Part shown: positions 13,401 through 26,800 of the stretch, one piece after another
How the letters are laid out: each line of letters begins with the position of its first letter
How positions within the stretch are numbered: position 1 is the stretch's first letter
Assembly (NCBI GenBank): GCA_030704615.1
Contig: CM060732.1
Location: 48,608,001-48,672,000, forward strand
From: Takakia lepidozioides
Lineage: Eukaryota; Plantae; Bryophyta
Reading direction: 5' to 3'
Length of the DNA stretch: 64,000 bases
The notes under the pieces: model-generated
Told to the model about the DNA's origin: nothing
Databases searched by the model: none
Seen by the model: the letters and a program-made list of their open reading frames with translations, nothing else
Program-made: the position numbers and the translations under genes

Positions 13401-14756
13401 GTCCATAAGCAGGAGGATATTCCGGTGGCCTGCCACCCCCATAGCTATTAGGGGGTGGCAAATATGGTGGAGGAGGATACTGGCCATACTGCCCATATGG
13501 AGGAGCACCATATTGACCCTGACCATACTGAGTGCCAAACTGTGGGTACTGAGGCATACCATAATAAGGTGGGGGTACTGGTGGCACAGAACCCACAACG
13601 ATGGGAGAGTTAGGGCCACCTCCTGCGTTCTTGTGGGCGCCATCTCCATTGCTAACAGCAAGGATCGTGGATCCAGTGCGCTTGTGCTTGCCCTGAAAAG
13701 AAATTCCCCTAGTACAATGTGGGTGATTACACATACATATAAGCAGCAAGCAGCAAATCCTTGAATTCAATATAACAAACTGGAAGCACATATCATTTGT
13801 AAAGACAAGATTACCCAAAACTCAGTATGATCTTGGGCAGTAAATCTCCCAAATTTGATGATCTTGGGCAGTAAATCTCCCAAATTTGATTGGCCCCAAT
13901 GATGTCCTCCCAGTACATTTTTGAGCCTCTTAGGTATAGGGTGTTCCTGAAATCCATAGCAAGAATTCAAATGGACAAACCTGATGGGTCCATGAGAAGT
14001 ATCCCTCCAAGTTTTACTGATATTCTGGGTGCATAAGTAACCCAAGTATCTCTATAAGTAGCCATTGTAGCTTAGTACCAGGACGTTGGTTTCATGGGGC
14101 CAAGAATTTGAACACACCTGAAGTCTACATTGGCCTGACATCATGCCTTTGGCACTTCAACTTGTATAGTGGAAATCATTTGTGATTGTGCCTTGGCTGA
14201 CCCCTGCATTGTCCAACTTCCCTGTCTTGACAGACATACCCTATCTCTTCATGATCTTACCATACCCTATCTCTTCGTGATTTTACCAAAAACATACATA
14301 ATTTGAATCATGGTCATTGTGAAGAACTATAACTCACAGACGGAGAAGGTGTTCGTAGTGTAGATGATGGGCGTTTTTGTCCTGCGACATGAGCATGGGC
14401 ATGTTCTCCTCGGCTTGCCGTGGCATCCGCCGACGACGCACTCGCCTCGCACTGGCGTGGGAGGAGTGGATCGTCCTCATCGTCCTCAGAAGAGCCCTCA
14501 TGCAGAATCGTAGTCTTCATCGTCTTCGGTCTGGCACTTTGCCTTGCAGGACCTTGATCCCTAGCTTTTTCCTTCGGAGCGCGTGGCTTGCGAGGGCGAT
14601 TCGCTCCCGCAAGTCTGCACAAACACCTCTATGACCTCCCTCTCAAACAATCACAAACAAATGCAAGCATACATATCCTAATACTCTTAAGCCTACGCTG
14701 AACCACAGCCGCACCCTACCAGGACGTAATGGCTGCCCACGAATGACGGCGGACAT
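10450..14756 (-). pseudogene. CACTA TnpA-like spliced accessory gene with an embedded FCP1/NIF-like HAD phosphatase domain (~11250-11830)
   Basis: PITVSDEVWNKLVSYWQT...NPTKTGRGG resembles the Ptta/En/Spm domain. The C-terminal exon GDEVRLLD...TPLPY...LGQVVGQTTLW resembles the Tnp1/En/Spm C-terminus. The middle reads KHLLILNLNGLL...LRPRCYDFLQKCFEHFEVAVWS...YFKNLSTVW...TVLVDDTPRKAANNP. In-frame TAA at 12964; exon boundaries are approximate. Confidence 0.7.
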
Positions 14757-15193
14757 CTCCCGCCTAATGACACACCCTCCTCAAACCTAATCGTCACTCA
14801 CTGCATGTTGTTTGCCTCTCTGTTTGTACAAGTGGAAGCTACTCACCCCCATTTGTGCTATGAAGCTTATGATCGCTGTAGGAAGGTTAGAGGATAAGGT
14901 GAATCGCAAGTTTAGTGGGTGGGTATCCAAAGTCAGGAACTAAACTCACCCATCTATCGACTGCTTGAACGTTGCTTCCACCTCCTTTATGGCAGCAATC
15001 CGGCGCTCTCGGAACTTCTCGTACTCAGTGAGAGGGACTGTCACTTTGAAGACCTTCCGCTTCACCATGGACACTCAAAAACGATACTTATAGTATACTA
15101 TAGATATAGAAATAGCACATTGGCAGCTGGTGCAAAACTAGAGACAATGCACTGTGCGTAGCATGCAAAGAGGGAAGGGGTGACGTTCAAAGC

Positions 15194-16473
15194 ATGTACA
15201 GTGCAGGTGGCGACCGGATGCGTAGGCGTAGAATAAATGACCGTCTATGGCGAATGGAAGAAGCTTATGCCACAAGGAATGGGCATACAAAAATGCTATG
15301 CAACTGCGATGAGTGTCATGGAGGAAAAGTACTGTTGTTGGAAACAGTGAGGAATCATTACATGATACACGGGAGGGATCCTCTTCTCCAACGCTGTTAT
15401 CTTCTGGTAAGATCGTCACTTTCCCTTCAACACTTTAGTTTGAATTTTGAATGCAACGATCATCTTCTCCACATGTCGACATTTCGTTGGGTGATTGTAG
15501 TCAAGAAGTCATAAGATACAGATGTGACTATGACTACGCCACTTCCGTTATCACTTTAATTAATGCACATGTCGTGTTTTCATTGGTCATGTGTAGTCAT
15601 GTAGTCATATATGACTAAGTAAGTGACTGCAACTATGACTTCAATGGTTACAAATGTCGTATTTTGATTGGGTGTATATTCATAAGATACATACGTAAAT
15701 ATGACTGCATCACTGCAACGTCACCGTGCCTCCTATGTCATAATATAAACAAGTGTCACATCGTTGTTGGTCCACTCACAAGATGACTATTGGGATACAG
15801 GGATGTGAATATTCAGATGATGAAGACGAAGGCCCTGCGGCACAGCGGGAGCCCAATGTCACAGAGAACGCAGATGAGAGTGGTGGATTGGAGGTAGAAA
15901 TGCAGCGTGCATTGCAGGAAGCGTTTCTCTTTGCAGATGCAAACAGAAAGGACCCCATTCATGGTGGAACCGATCACACATTTGCCGATCATGTTCGTGG
16001 GTACAGGCGAGTCGCGTGGGTCGTCAACCTATGTCAATGAAGCAGGATGATGCTGGCTTCACACTTGTCAATTTTAACCGTATGCTTCCACCTTCTGAGC
16101 AACCTTTTGTGTTTCCTGGCCAGGTTGATCAAGTGTTTTTTCTGATTGTGTGAAGGAGCCGGGGTGGAAAGTCGTCCTGGAGAAGAGCCCCCGAGCACGT
16201 AGAGTGGTCTGCGACATATCAATTGATAATGATGATGTGGCGGAAGTGGAAGGATTGTTATCCCCACAAAGACTAGAGGAGACTCTGGTTACTGATGGCC
16301 CAACATGCAGCCGAGCGGTACCGGTTACTCCAGAGCAGGTGGCCTCTTTGTACCTCCGAGCACCCCGTATACGTGGTGATGATGTTCAGCCAACCCTTGG
16401 ACAAGATCAAGTCTGTGATGAAGACAGTGATACATGTAGTGACCCAGACATAGATGAGGATGATGAAGATTAG
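15194..16473 (+). pseudogene. CACTA TnpD transposase remnant (N- and C-termini only; catalytic core deleted near ~15990)
   Basis: N-terminal MLCNCDECHG...VRNHYMIHG resembles the transposase-associated Cys/His domain. C-terminal KQDDAGFTLVNFNR...VDQVFF...PGWKVVL...PR resembles DUF4216. There is no room for the DDE core between them. Confidence 0.75.
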
Positions 16474-19089
16474 ATATGCGCGATTTGTGCACTCCAGTTA
16501 TAGACCATGCATGATAGTTTAAGGTGGTAACACTCCCTTCGCATTCCCATTAAGATATCATGCTTGGACACTGGATTTTATGATCAATTATGGAGTGCTT
16601 TCCTTTCAGCACCCTTTATTCATTTGTTGTTGCAATTGGCTTTGGACCAACCCGCGCTGGTACCATTGCCATAGGTTCTGCCTGCAATGTTTTCTTGCCA
16701 TGGATTCGGCACACGCCACGAAAGGCCATCCAGACCATCCTCTGGAAATGCTCCAATGTTGTTTCAAACATCTCCACATTGCAATGGATACAACACTGAC
16801 ATTAGATGAGTGAAAGTGAGACTAGACCTCCAGCCAGCCGGCTTTCCCACATCAAATTGAAGGGGATCTGTAGATTATAGATAACGGCTGTTGCCTTCTC
16901 AATGTCTTTTCCAATCACCTCTGCAATGAACTGGGGTATAAGATCCTTCAAATCACAAGTTTGAGCATCACGCACAAGCCACTTACGGGGATAGAGTTTC
17001 CAATGCGAACCATTGGTCTTTTATTGATAGCATTGTTGTAAAATACATGGACCAACATGGTCAATTTCGGGAATGACATATAGTACGCTTTCATGTACTA
17101 TGTAAGCATGCAACTATGTACCAGTGACATGGCTTGTTCGCCACTTAACCTGTTTGCCCATTCAGCCATCTCCACATTGTCATGGATTTTGCATGCTGGA
17201 TTGTGAGGCCATCCACACCGTCCTCTGGAAATGCTATCATGGGGTTTCAGCTATGTCCACATTTCCCTGGATTATGCCTGCACGAAGCAAGGCCAACTGC
17301 ATTCAGCACCCTCCACTTTATTATAGTATTGCAGCAACATTCAAAGCACTTCAATTTGTATCCATCGAAAACATCTAGGCTTGAAAAAGACATTGTTGCA
17401 GCAGAACTTAGGAAAGTACTTCTCCCCTTCCACTACACACGTGAAATGAAAGAAGCCAACCAACAGCATACCAGCCAAGAAAATATGAAACCAGCCAAGA
17501 AAAGAGCCAATATATGCAGTGAAGGTCGACACTAAATGAAACTTATCCAACACTTACATTAGAGGAGGGAAGCTAAGTCTTACCTCCATAAGCTTGCCCA
17601 CATCAAATTTGGGAGCTTTCAGAATTTTTCCTTTCCAGTTGAATGAACTTGGCTACAAGATCCTTCAAATCACAAGTTTGAGCTTCACACACAATGAACT
17701 TACAGGGATTGAGTTTCCAATGCGAACCAGAAGTCTTATTTTGATAGCATTGTTGTAAAACACATGGACCAATAATGACAGTCTCTGGAATGACATATAG
17801 TACAGCATGCCGCTTCCAGTTGACCATCTACCCATGTAGGTTTCTTGTAACTATCCTTCCACAGGGAATCATAGGTAATGTGGAGCTTGAAATCCAGCCC
17901 TCTTGGATGAATCTGGACCCACACTCTATCCCTGCTCCTTCAGCTATCCATGCCTCTGACAGCCTACAATTCTACCAGCAAACACCCCAACCATACCGTG
18001 TGGAGTTCTTCCCCAAAACACCCCAACCCTACTTATCACAATCTGAAATGCATCTGCTTCTCTCTGTAGTCCAACAAGCATTCGCCTTTTTGTCTCCATT
18101 GTCCCACCATTGGGGTCGGAAAGTGTTCACCCCAAAGCTTCTCCTCACCTCTATTATATGTCTTTGGATACTTCCCTGCTGCCACACTGGCAGTAACTTG
18201 CCAAAGTCACTCCAAACCACCACAGATCTACCCAACGACCTAACTTACAGAATTCAATATGCATCTTGCGGCCCTGATGAGAGGGCAACACAGGCTGAAA
18301 TGGTTGAAGAAGAAGGTGCCCTACCACATTGTCCTTGACCTGTCTTGACCCATGGAGGATTTGACCGATGACCTCTTGTGTGTGCTGCTTGTGTCTGTAG
18401 TCAGGTAATGTCGGATTGGTCTGTGAGATCGAACCACTACGGCGTAGATGAGTAGTTAGAGATTGAAACACGCTTGCTAAGACCAAGCTAACTCTCCCAA
18501 GAACGGCGAGCTCGCTTCTCCTCGTCTCGTCTCCTCCTCCTCCTCTTCTCCTTCGTGCATCATTTGCTCAACGCCTCCATCCCACGCCCCTGCATATCCT
18601 GCTATTATGGCGTTCCATCCTTCAGCTATGTGGTGTGGCGTAGGAGACAAAAAAACGCCAAGTCCCAGCCCTCCTTTCTGTTCACGATTACACTAATGGG
18701 CAACCTTATTAGCAATTTTTTAACTTTTTTAAACCTAATGGGCAACTTTATTTGCATTATATGTGCCTTCAAAATGACACGTGTAGTGATGTAGTCGTAT
18801 AAATAGAGCTCTGAAACCATCTTCAGTCATGGAGTCATAAGATTCCATGAAACGTCGTCCACGTGTAGTCAACCATATCACACTAGTCATATAAACCATC
18901 CTTGTCATCATGGTCAACAATGTTTGACCAATGCTCCCTAACTTTCCGGAGTCATGTAGTGATATCCATTACTACAAAGTCATAAAACTAAAACTGTAAT
19001 GCATTTCAGCGCTCTGTAGTCATGTACCTAGTGCAGTTTTTATGACTCCGCCAAAGCCGTAGTCCTAAAAACGCTAATTTCTTGTAGTG

Positions 19090-19300
19090 ATTCTTTCAAT
19101 CATGGTGAATGTGAAGAACTTCAACTCACAGACGGAGAAGGTGTTCGTAGTGTAGAAGATGGCCGTTTCTGTCCTGCCACATGAGCATGGGTGACTTCTT
19201 CCCGGCTCGCCGTGGCATCCGCCGATGACGCAGTCGCCTCGCCCTAGCGTGGGAGGAATGGATCGTCCTCCTCATCCTCATAAGAGCCCTCAGCATGCTC
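19090..19300. mobile_element. Right half of the older CACTA-family fragment split by the insertion
   Basis: 19098-19292 aligns to 14306-14500 (aactcacagacggagaaggtgttcgtagtgtaga...gagccctca), continuing the left-flank homology. Confidence 0.85.
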
Positions 19301-19729
19301 CATTGTCTTTGTCATCCCGGGTGATTCAGGGCTCAAATCATGTTACCGCAATATTTATTAATAAACACTGTGTGATCTTCCAGATTTTTACTATCTAGTC
19401 ATAATTACTAGAGGGCAGGGCTTACATGAATTGCATGCATTTATTTTGAAGCCTTTTAGGTTTTTAAAGATTTTGTATACGGTGATGTGAGATTTGGAAT
19501 TGTTTTCCATAAGATTGTTAGCCAGAGCAGAATGATGGACCTTAATTCTGACACCCTTACCTACAGCAGCTTCTGTATGAATAATGGCAAACTTCCTTCA
19601 TATGAAATGTTTTTCCTGGATTGAGATTTTATAGCGGTGCAACTAATTTATGTGTTTGTTCATTATGTTACATCATTCAACCATTGGTTCTTATATTTCT
19701 AGGCTCCTAGTCGTGTATGGTTTGCAGAT

Positions 19730-19886
19730 ACAGTTAATAACTCGTACTCAGACCCCAATTCAGCTCGCAGCAACGCGTACTATACATAGAGCGCAAGGAT
19801 TGACCATGGATCATCTCGCATTCGACCCAACAAACGTGAATAGGCACGGATTGACATACATAGCTTTATCGTACATAAAAGAACAA
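19730..19886 (+). mobile_element. Helitron RepHel PIF1-helicase C-terminal fragment
   Basis: RTQTPIQLAATRTIHRAQGLTMD...HGLTYIALS matches the PIF1 motifs (Q.P+.LA...TIHK+QG.T; HG..YVALS). Confidence 0.75.
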
Positions 19887-20118
19887 TGTAAAGAATTTTG
19901 GGAAAAATTCCTTTGTATTTTGCGGAGCCTTATACTTGTGAACATCACTCTAGGATTATGTGCAGGGACGTTCACGAGTGGAATGCACTCGCCAGGCTGG
20001 CAGAGTGGGTTATGCTCCAAGAACGCACTCGTCAGGCTGTCAGCGTGCGTTACACTCTTGGAACGCACTCCTCTTAGCCCTCCATTCTTTCCCTCTTCTT
20101 TTCGACTTCTTCCCCCTT
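19887..20118 (+). repeat. Part of an older LTR-like sequence; its other part is 46388-46470, now inverted. It is the target of element A and of chromovirus C.
   Basis: Starts TGTAAAGAATTTTGG. After undoing the inversion and removing element A, it ends CCAAAAATTCTTTAC(A), i.e. TG...CA with a ~15-bp terminal inverted repeat. Confidence 0.5.
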
Positions 20119-20876
20119 TGTCGTGCTCCTAAGCATCGTGCCACAACATACATCGTTGTCCAACCACACTTCCTAGCATATAGTCCTAAAAAGCCACGCC
20201 ACAATGATACAGAAATGGCGAAAAGAGGAGAAACCACTCTATCACGTTATATAAGTCAAGCCAATGGCACCTTTGCTAAAAGACTCCACCATACAGACCT
20301 CACCCACTCTCCATCTCAAGAACTAGAGCTATGGCGGCGATAGAGGCCTCAGGAGGCTCGATTAGAAGAAGACGAGCCTGCCTACGTCTCACGTGGAGAT
20401 AACCTCTCCACGTCCCAAGTGAGGTTCGTCACCTCACTTGGTACATGGAACCAAATGAAGTCCCAATGCCAACAAAATACAAATATAAATGTATAATGTC
20501 CTAATTAGCTAGAAATAACTATTTTTAACTAATCACAAACAAAACCATGACAGCTGTCGTGCACCTAAGCATCGTGCCACAACATACATCGTTGTCCAAC
20601 CACACTTCCTAGCATATAGTCCTAGAAAGCCACGCCACAATCGCCCCCCTAGCTGGTGATTAGGTCCCTCTAACACCGGATAGCTTGCAAGTATCCACCC
20701 CAATAAGATCATCGCTTGGTCTTTAATCGCACAAGTCCCAACACCTGAAGTCGATAGATCAAGAGGCCGGGTGCAAACGTAGCCCCATCGTTAGTCGCCT
20801 TCATGCAATCCATGATCTTTAGTTGAGTATCCATGGCATTGAAATCCCACTAGCTAGACCTTGGATCACTTGCCCA

Positions 20877-23800
20877 CTACCTCTGTCCAAGGCATCGTGG
20901 ACACAACCATTCTCTGATAGGAACCTCCTCAAGTGGCGGTGTCAAGCATCCCATGTGCCACCCCCTTGAGCATTTGTCACACACCAACATGGTTGCGGCG
21001 CCACCAGCATCCCCACATAGCATGCAACGCAACCCTACAGGTGCCATTGCAAGGTTGGGATCTATCCTCCCATCCACAAGTGGAAGGTGACATGGCGCAC
21101 AATTGCGCACATGGTCCTTCCATACCATGTCATCTCGACCCTCCAGAATCAACACTCCTGAAGGCAACACCTCCCTGACCCTTAGAATCACACGTCCTGT
21201 TGTGACATCCAAGGTCGTAGGCGCTGTCTGCTGCAAATACACATAGTCCCCAAGGTGGAAATGCCGAACACTTGGCCGATATCCCCCTCCATGTATAGTG
21301 ACATACCTCAATGTGTCTCGGTGTTGGGCAATAGCAAGGTTCTCAAAAGCCATAGGCATGACTCTCTTGAACAACTCTGCCCGCTGGGCACATGCTTGTG
21401 TCCACACATCCGGATCATCAAGGTTGAGAACTATTGCAAGCCTCCCTGCGAATAGATGCAGGCAAATCCGGCTCTCGGCCAAAGAGAAGAAAGTAAGGTG
21501 AGAAGGAGGCAAGTGAAGCTTGTTTGCTGAACCTATAGCCCATAGCTAGCCAATGCAGTTGAAGGTCCCAATCTCCTAGGTGTCCCTTCTGCAAACCGTA
21601 CTTGCGCAAACCTCTTTTGACTGTCTGAACAACTCTCTCCGCCAAGCCATCAGCCTCAGGATGATCCCAAGAAGTAGTGCGGTGATCTATCAAGGCTTAC
21701 TCACACAAAGCCTGAAACTCCCCCAAGAACTCTCTCCCCTGGTCCATGAGTACCTCGGCTGGAGCACCAAAATGGCTAAGCACTTGATTTAAGAATGCAT
21801 ACGAGCCCCCTCACTTGCCTTGTCAGGCAATGCCACCAATTCAATCCATTTGGAGAAGTGTTCCACCATCACCAGCACATACTTGTTATGGCGAGTCGAC
21901 AGTGGCAATGGGCCTGCGAAGTCAAGACTCCAACGATAGCCCAAACCCATAATGGATAAATGATGCAATTGTGGAGTAGGGGCGTTGAAAGAAGCCCGCA
22001 CTCTATCACACACCATGCACCTTGCCACTAACTGTTGCACATCCGTGTGCATGCCCCGCCACCAATATTGCCTTTGCAGTAAACTATGAGTGCGCCGCAC
22101 CCCAAAATGTCCCAACTCCTTATGGGCATGGCGTACCAATTGCGCTCGTTGTGTTGGATGAGGCACAATCCTCACTCGTCCATCATCCCATACCCGGAGT
22201 AGGTGAGTCCTTTCCCACTTGAACCTTTTGGCTCGTTGTAGGACCCGATCTCTCTCCTTAGCAGTCACATTGGCTGATGTTTCTCCGGTACGAACGTATG
22301 CCAACACTGCTGCATCTTCATGCACATCCTTAGCACCACCAAGCTCCTCACTAGTCTCTGGATCGTCATGCACGCTATCTACATGACCAATTGCATGGGA
22401 TAGACCAGCTTGAGCTCCCATTGTTAGAATGCACAAAAAGGCCAATGCATGCCATCCTGGCACCATCTCCGTCTCACCATGCCACCGAGCTCCAGTATCA
22501 TCATGCTCACTCGTGCATGGATTACGACTCAATCCATTTGCATCCCGATTGACAATACCGGCTCGATGCACCACCTGGAAGTCGTACTCTTGAAGCATAA
22601 GTGCCCACCGTGCAAGCTTCCATGTAAGCTTGTCTGACTCCATCAACCACTTCAATGGTCGGTGCTCCGTGAGAAGGGTGAAAAGATTGCCATAGAGGTA
22701 GCATCTGAAATATGCCACTGCCCATACCGCAGCTAGACACTCCCCTTCATAGGAACTATACTTCGCCTCGGCATCATTGTTCGAGCGGCTAGCATATGCC
22801 ACTACGAACTCTTTTCCCTCATCATCCACTTGTGTGAGCACTGCTCCAATCCCCAGCATACTCCAATCCGTATGTAGCTGGAAAGGCCGCCCCTGAATAG
22901 GCTGCCACAGAATAGGTGCAGAAGTCAATCGAGCCTTGAGTTCCTCAAAGGTTTCCTCCTGCTCCTCCTCCCACTGCCACTTCTGACCCACCTTGGTCAA
23001 CTTGGTAAGAGCCTTTGCAATGCTGCTAAATCCCTTGACAAACCGTCGATAGTAGTTTGTCAATCCCATGAAAGCACGAACTCTGCTCATATCCATGGGG
23101 TGTGGAATGCATACAATGGCCTCCACCTTTGTCTGTTGAACACCCAATCCTCCAAGGTATATCATGTGGCCCAGATACTCAATCTGATTGTGGAAGAACT
23201 TGCACTTTCCGGGGTGCAGTTTCAACCCGTGCGCTCTCAAGCGCTCAAACACCACCTGAAGGTGTCTCTCATGCTCCTCAACCGTAGCACTAAAGACGAT
23301 GATGTCATCAATGTAGCACCGGACGAAATCTAGCCCCGCGAGAATCCTATCCATGACCCTCTGAAACTCTATAGGAGCATTCTTCAACCCAAACGGTAAG
23401 AACCGCCATTGGTACAAACAATCCTTCCCATGTTGGTCAATCCCCCAAAATGTCGTCTTTTGCTGGTCAGCCTCTTTGATTGGCAACTGGTGGTAACCGG
23501 ATCGCAAGTCCAATGTGCTAAACACCTTTGCATGCCCAATGGCATCAAAGATCTCCTCTGGAGTTAGCATGAATATCTATCGGACTTAGTTTGACGGTTC
23601 ACAGAACGATAGTCCCCACACATCCTTCTTTCTGTCCAATTGCCATAGATATCCTTCTTAGCTGGCATCACCGTTGCCGAGGCATACTCTCCGCCTGACA
23701 ACTCCACCAATCCAGCTTCGAACAACTCCATAGTCCGTGACTGGATCAATGACCTCTCTATGTCACTATACCGGTAGGGCCTTCGAAAGATTGGCGTGTC

Positions 23801-26800
23801 ACTTGTCAAATCAATATGAATCTCCTGACTAAACTCCCCAAATCCTTCAAACCGAAGGCAAAGCAATTTCTATAAGCCCTTAAAAATTGTTGGATCCTCC
23901 GTCTCTCTCCTCCGGTGACTGTAGGTCCAACATCTGGTTCCCAATTGTCCTCAGTGACTGCAACCTTGGGTACACCAGGCTTGGAGGTAGGAGACGCATC
24001 CTTTGGTTGCTAGATAACAACCTCTTGGGCCTTGTCCACCCAATCTGACTGTGGCGTAGCCTCCACTTGCTCCTTGAGAACATCCTCTGAGCAAGATACA
24101 TTCTCAACCTCTTCAAAAACCTTGGCCACCTTGGCCTCCAACTGATCCTCAATCCATGGCTCTCCCCACTCCTCATACTGCTGCTTGAGAGATCCAATGA
24201 CTCTCTCTTTGCGCATATCATCCCACATCTGCCATGGGTGTTTGCAACCCACGATCCTGTGCTCGCCCCCACTCACTGCCTCAACCGTCCCGGTTGGCAG
24301 GGAGGATGCACTATCCAATGGGAGTGCAGAAGTAGCCACCAATGCTTGCAATCTCCGTTGCTCAGCCATGCACAAGCCAATTATCTATGTCAAGCAATTT
24401 AGATCCATTGCTTGACCCAACACTTGGCGGCGTGATACCTCTAATAGAGCTGGCACATCTGTAGTGCCGGTGGCAAATCCCATTGTCCGCTCTCGCTCAT
24501 CCGCATTGGGCTCCACCAACTGCTGTAGCACACTGTCCCAAATCAACCCAGGACCATTGTCTCAGAAAGCATGAGACGAGGGAAAGCTCATGAGCATAGG
24601 CAAGGCCGCACGTGGCTGCCCCACTCGATTGACCACTGCTAGAGGTGGACGATCATCATGTCGCACTCTCTGTGGTTGCCTCCCTTGGTCCAAAATGCCC
24701 TCAACCGCGAGATTGGGTGGCCGTTGAATGAAATCGTATGCTCTCTTGAGCAGCTCTGGTGGTGCAAGATTGGTCCACCACAATCGAGGTCGATGCGCAC
24801 GTGATCCCACCGCTGCAGCATCCAATAGCACCGCCGATCCAATCCAAGTCCGCACCTGATGCACACTGGCCATAACCCTGGCCCGAGAATCCCCCATAAG
24901 AGGAACATTCTCAAAGATATAGCCTAGAGGTTGCACTTGCTTCGTCTGCAAGTCCCGCAACACTCGCAACATCTCCCAAAACAAATGCGATCGTGCATCA
25001 TGCAAGCCATTCCCATGACCTGCGGGAGAGTGTCCTTGACAAGGCCATCCAACTATCACCAAGTCAATGGCACCATACCGGTCCAAATCATCCGCCCCCA
25101 GTAAGGTAATGTCTTCTGGCAAGGCCTTTTGATACCCTTGAATTGCTGAGAGAGGCAACAACTTAGGATACCGGTGTGTGAGCAAGGCGATACGGGGCAT
25201 AGAAATACGCCAAGCTATCTCATCCTTCTCCACATACAAGTACTTGCATACTTTAATCCCTGCTTGCAACACTCCTGCAAGCCCAGTGCTCATGCCTCCA
25301 AACAGGTCTAGCAAACAAATCCCTGAGTCAGGTGGTTGCCAGGTAATGGGCACCGTGTCCAAATGAGCTAACTCAGGAGGTCCAGGTGATGTCACTGAAC
25401 TCCCCTCACTCATCAATGGAAAGACCTCCTGCCATGCTTGGTGCACACACTTGCCTGCTACTCGATGCAAATTCCCAACCGTATCCCACAGTGGAATACG
25501 GACATGCACATGAGGAAGCAAATCAGCCTTGTATGCCAATTGTTTGTCCTCATCAGGTGATGGCCTATCATCTGCATGGCTATTTCCCTCCAAGAGCTCA
25601 CCACCCCAAGCCACCACCCCTGAAAATGTAGCCAATGTGGGCATCATGTTCCTATGATCCACCGCTACATTCCCAATAAACCGCATTGGGAGCAGTGCAC
25701 GTCGGCCATCTCCTGACTGCCATTCCGGCCTATAGGATGTCGTTTCCTCCCAAAAGTCCAAAGTAAAGCCCATGGGGTATAACATAGCCCCACCAACAAG
25801 CACATCATATGACATCGCGTCCGTAACAATGGCTTTAGCTCTCATGACTGAGCCATCCGTAGGATGATCTGGCTACAATCAAATGAAGAGCTCATGGCGT
25901 GTAATCCCTCGCGCCTTCTCTGAACCGCCCAAAGATGTTTGAATTTGGAATGGGCAAGGCTCCAAATCCGCCTCTGTAAGGCCTAAGCTTGCAATTGTTG
26001 CTCTTCCCAACATCAATGGCTGTGCTCCTGAGTCCAACAAGACCCGCAGTGGCCTATACCTCCTCCCGGCTGGGCCACCCAACTGAAACACACCATCCTG
26101 ATTGTCCACCAGGACTACCCCAAGAGTCACCATACTATGCTCAATGGCTGGTCTAGCTGACAACTCCTGCAACCTTGCAGCTACCACTTGCCATGGCACA
26201 GGTGTGGCTGTCTTCACCCTTGAATCCAGGGCATTCATGCATTGCACCTTATCCGCTATCCCCGCAGATAGTGCCGATGCATCATCACTCTCAAAGAGTG
26301 CAGCTGCCAGTCTAAACACTACAGCTGGCCGCATCTCGGCATTGCAATTGTCGTGGCAGAAAACAATGGAGCTTGACAAATTGCCGTAACCGCCCCCAAC
26401 AATGTACTGGCTGCACCTTGCTTTGTAGCACCACCCACTGGCATATCCCGAGCCACACCAACTCTCTCCAATGGCACTCGTGGCTCTACCTCTGATACAC
26501 TTGGGCAAGCGGGTACCATCGATGGCGTAGTTGGCACTGTGTCAGCCAATGTGAAAGACTGTGGAAGCCTTGTTTGTCGACTTGCTTCCCCCCTTTGTGG
26601 ATCAAAATCCACATCTGCTCCTCTTGGCTCAGAAGCACGAGTTGCTGCTCGAGTGACAGCAGCTGCAGAATCCACATGCAATGGTCCTGCGAGTGCGGCT
26701 CCACACATGAAGCCCATACCAATCTGGTCTTCCCTAGGCATAGGAGGTTGTGCAGGTGGGGCTTGAACCTCAGGCCTTGGAGCTAGCACAACATGAGTAG

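Larger units (their letters stand above)
9284..19089. mobile_element. CACTA (En/Spm) DNA transposon, non-autonomous (internally deleted TnpD)
   Basis: Left end CACTACAAcagatgagcgtttttatgact; reverse complement of the right end CACTACAAgaaattagcgtttttaggact (~29-bp imperfect TIR). 3-bp TSD ATT at 9281-9283 and 19090-19092. Many subterminal ATGACT/AGTCAT motifs at both ends. Confidence 0.95.

Noticed and set aside
24385-25330. Bacterial restriction-modification gene or contamination
   Set aside because: The domain is in frame within a retrotransposon polyprotein in two copies, on a contig with spliced plant genes.
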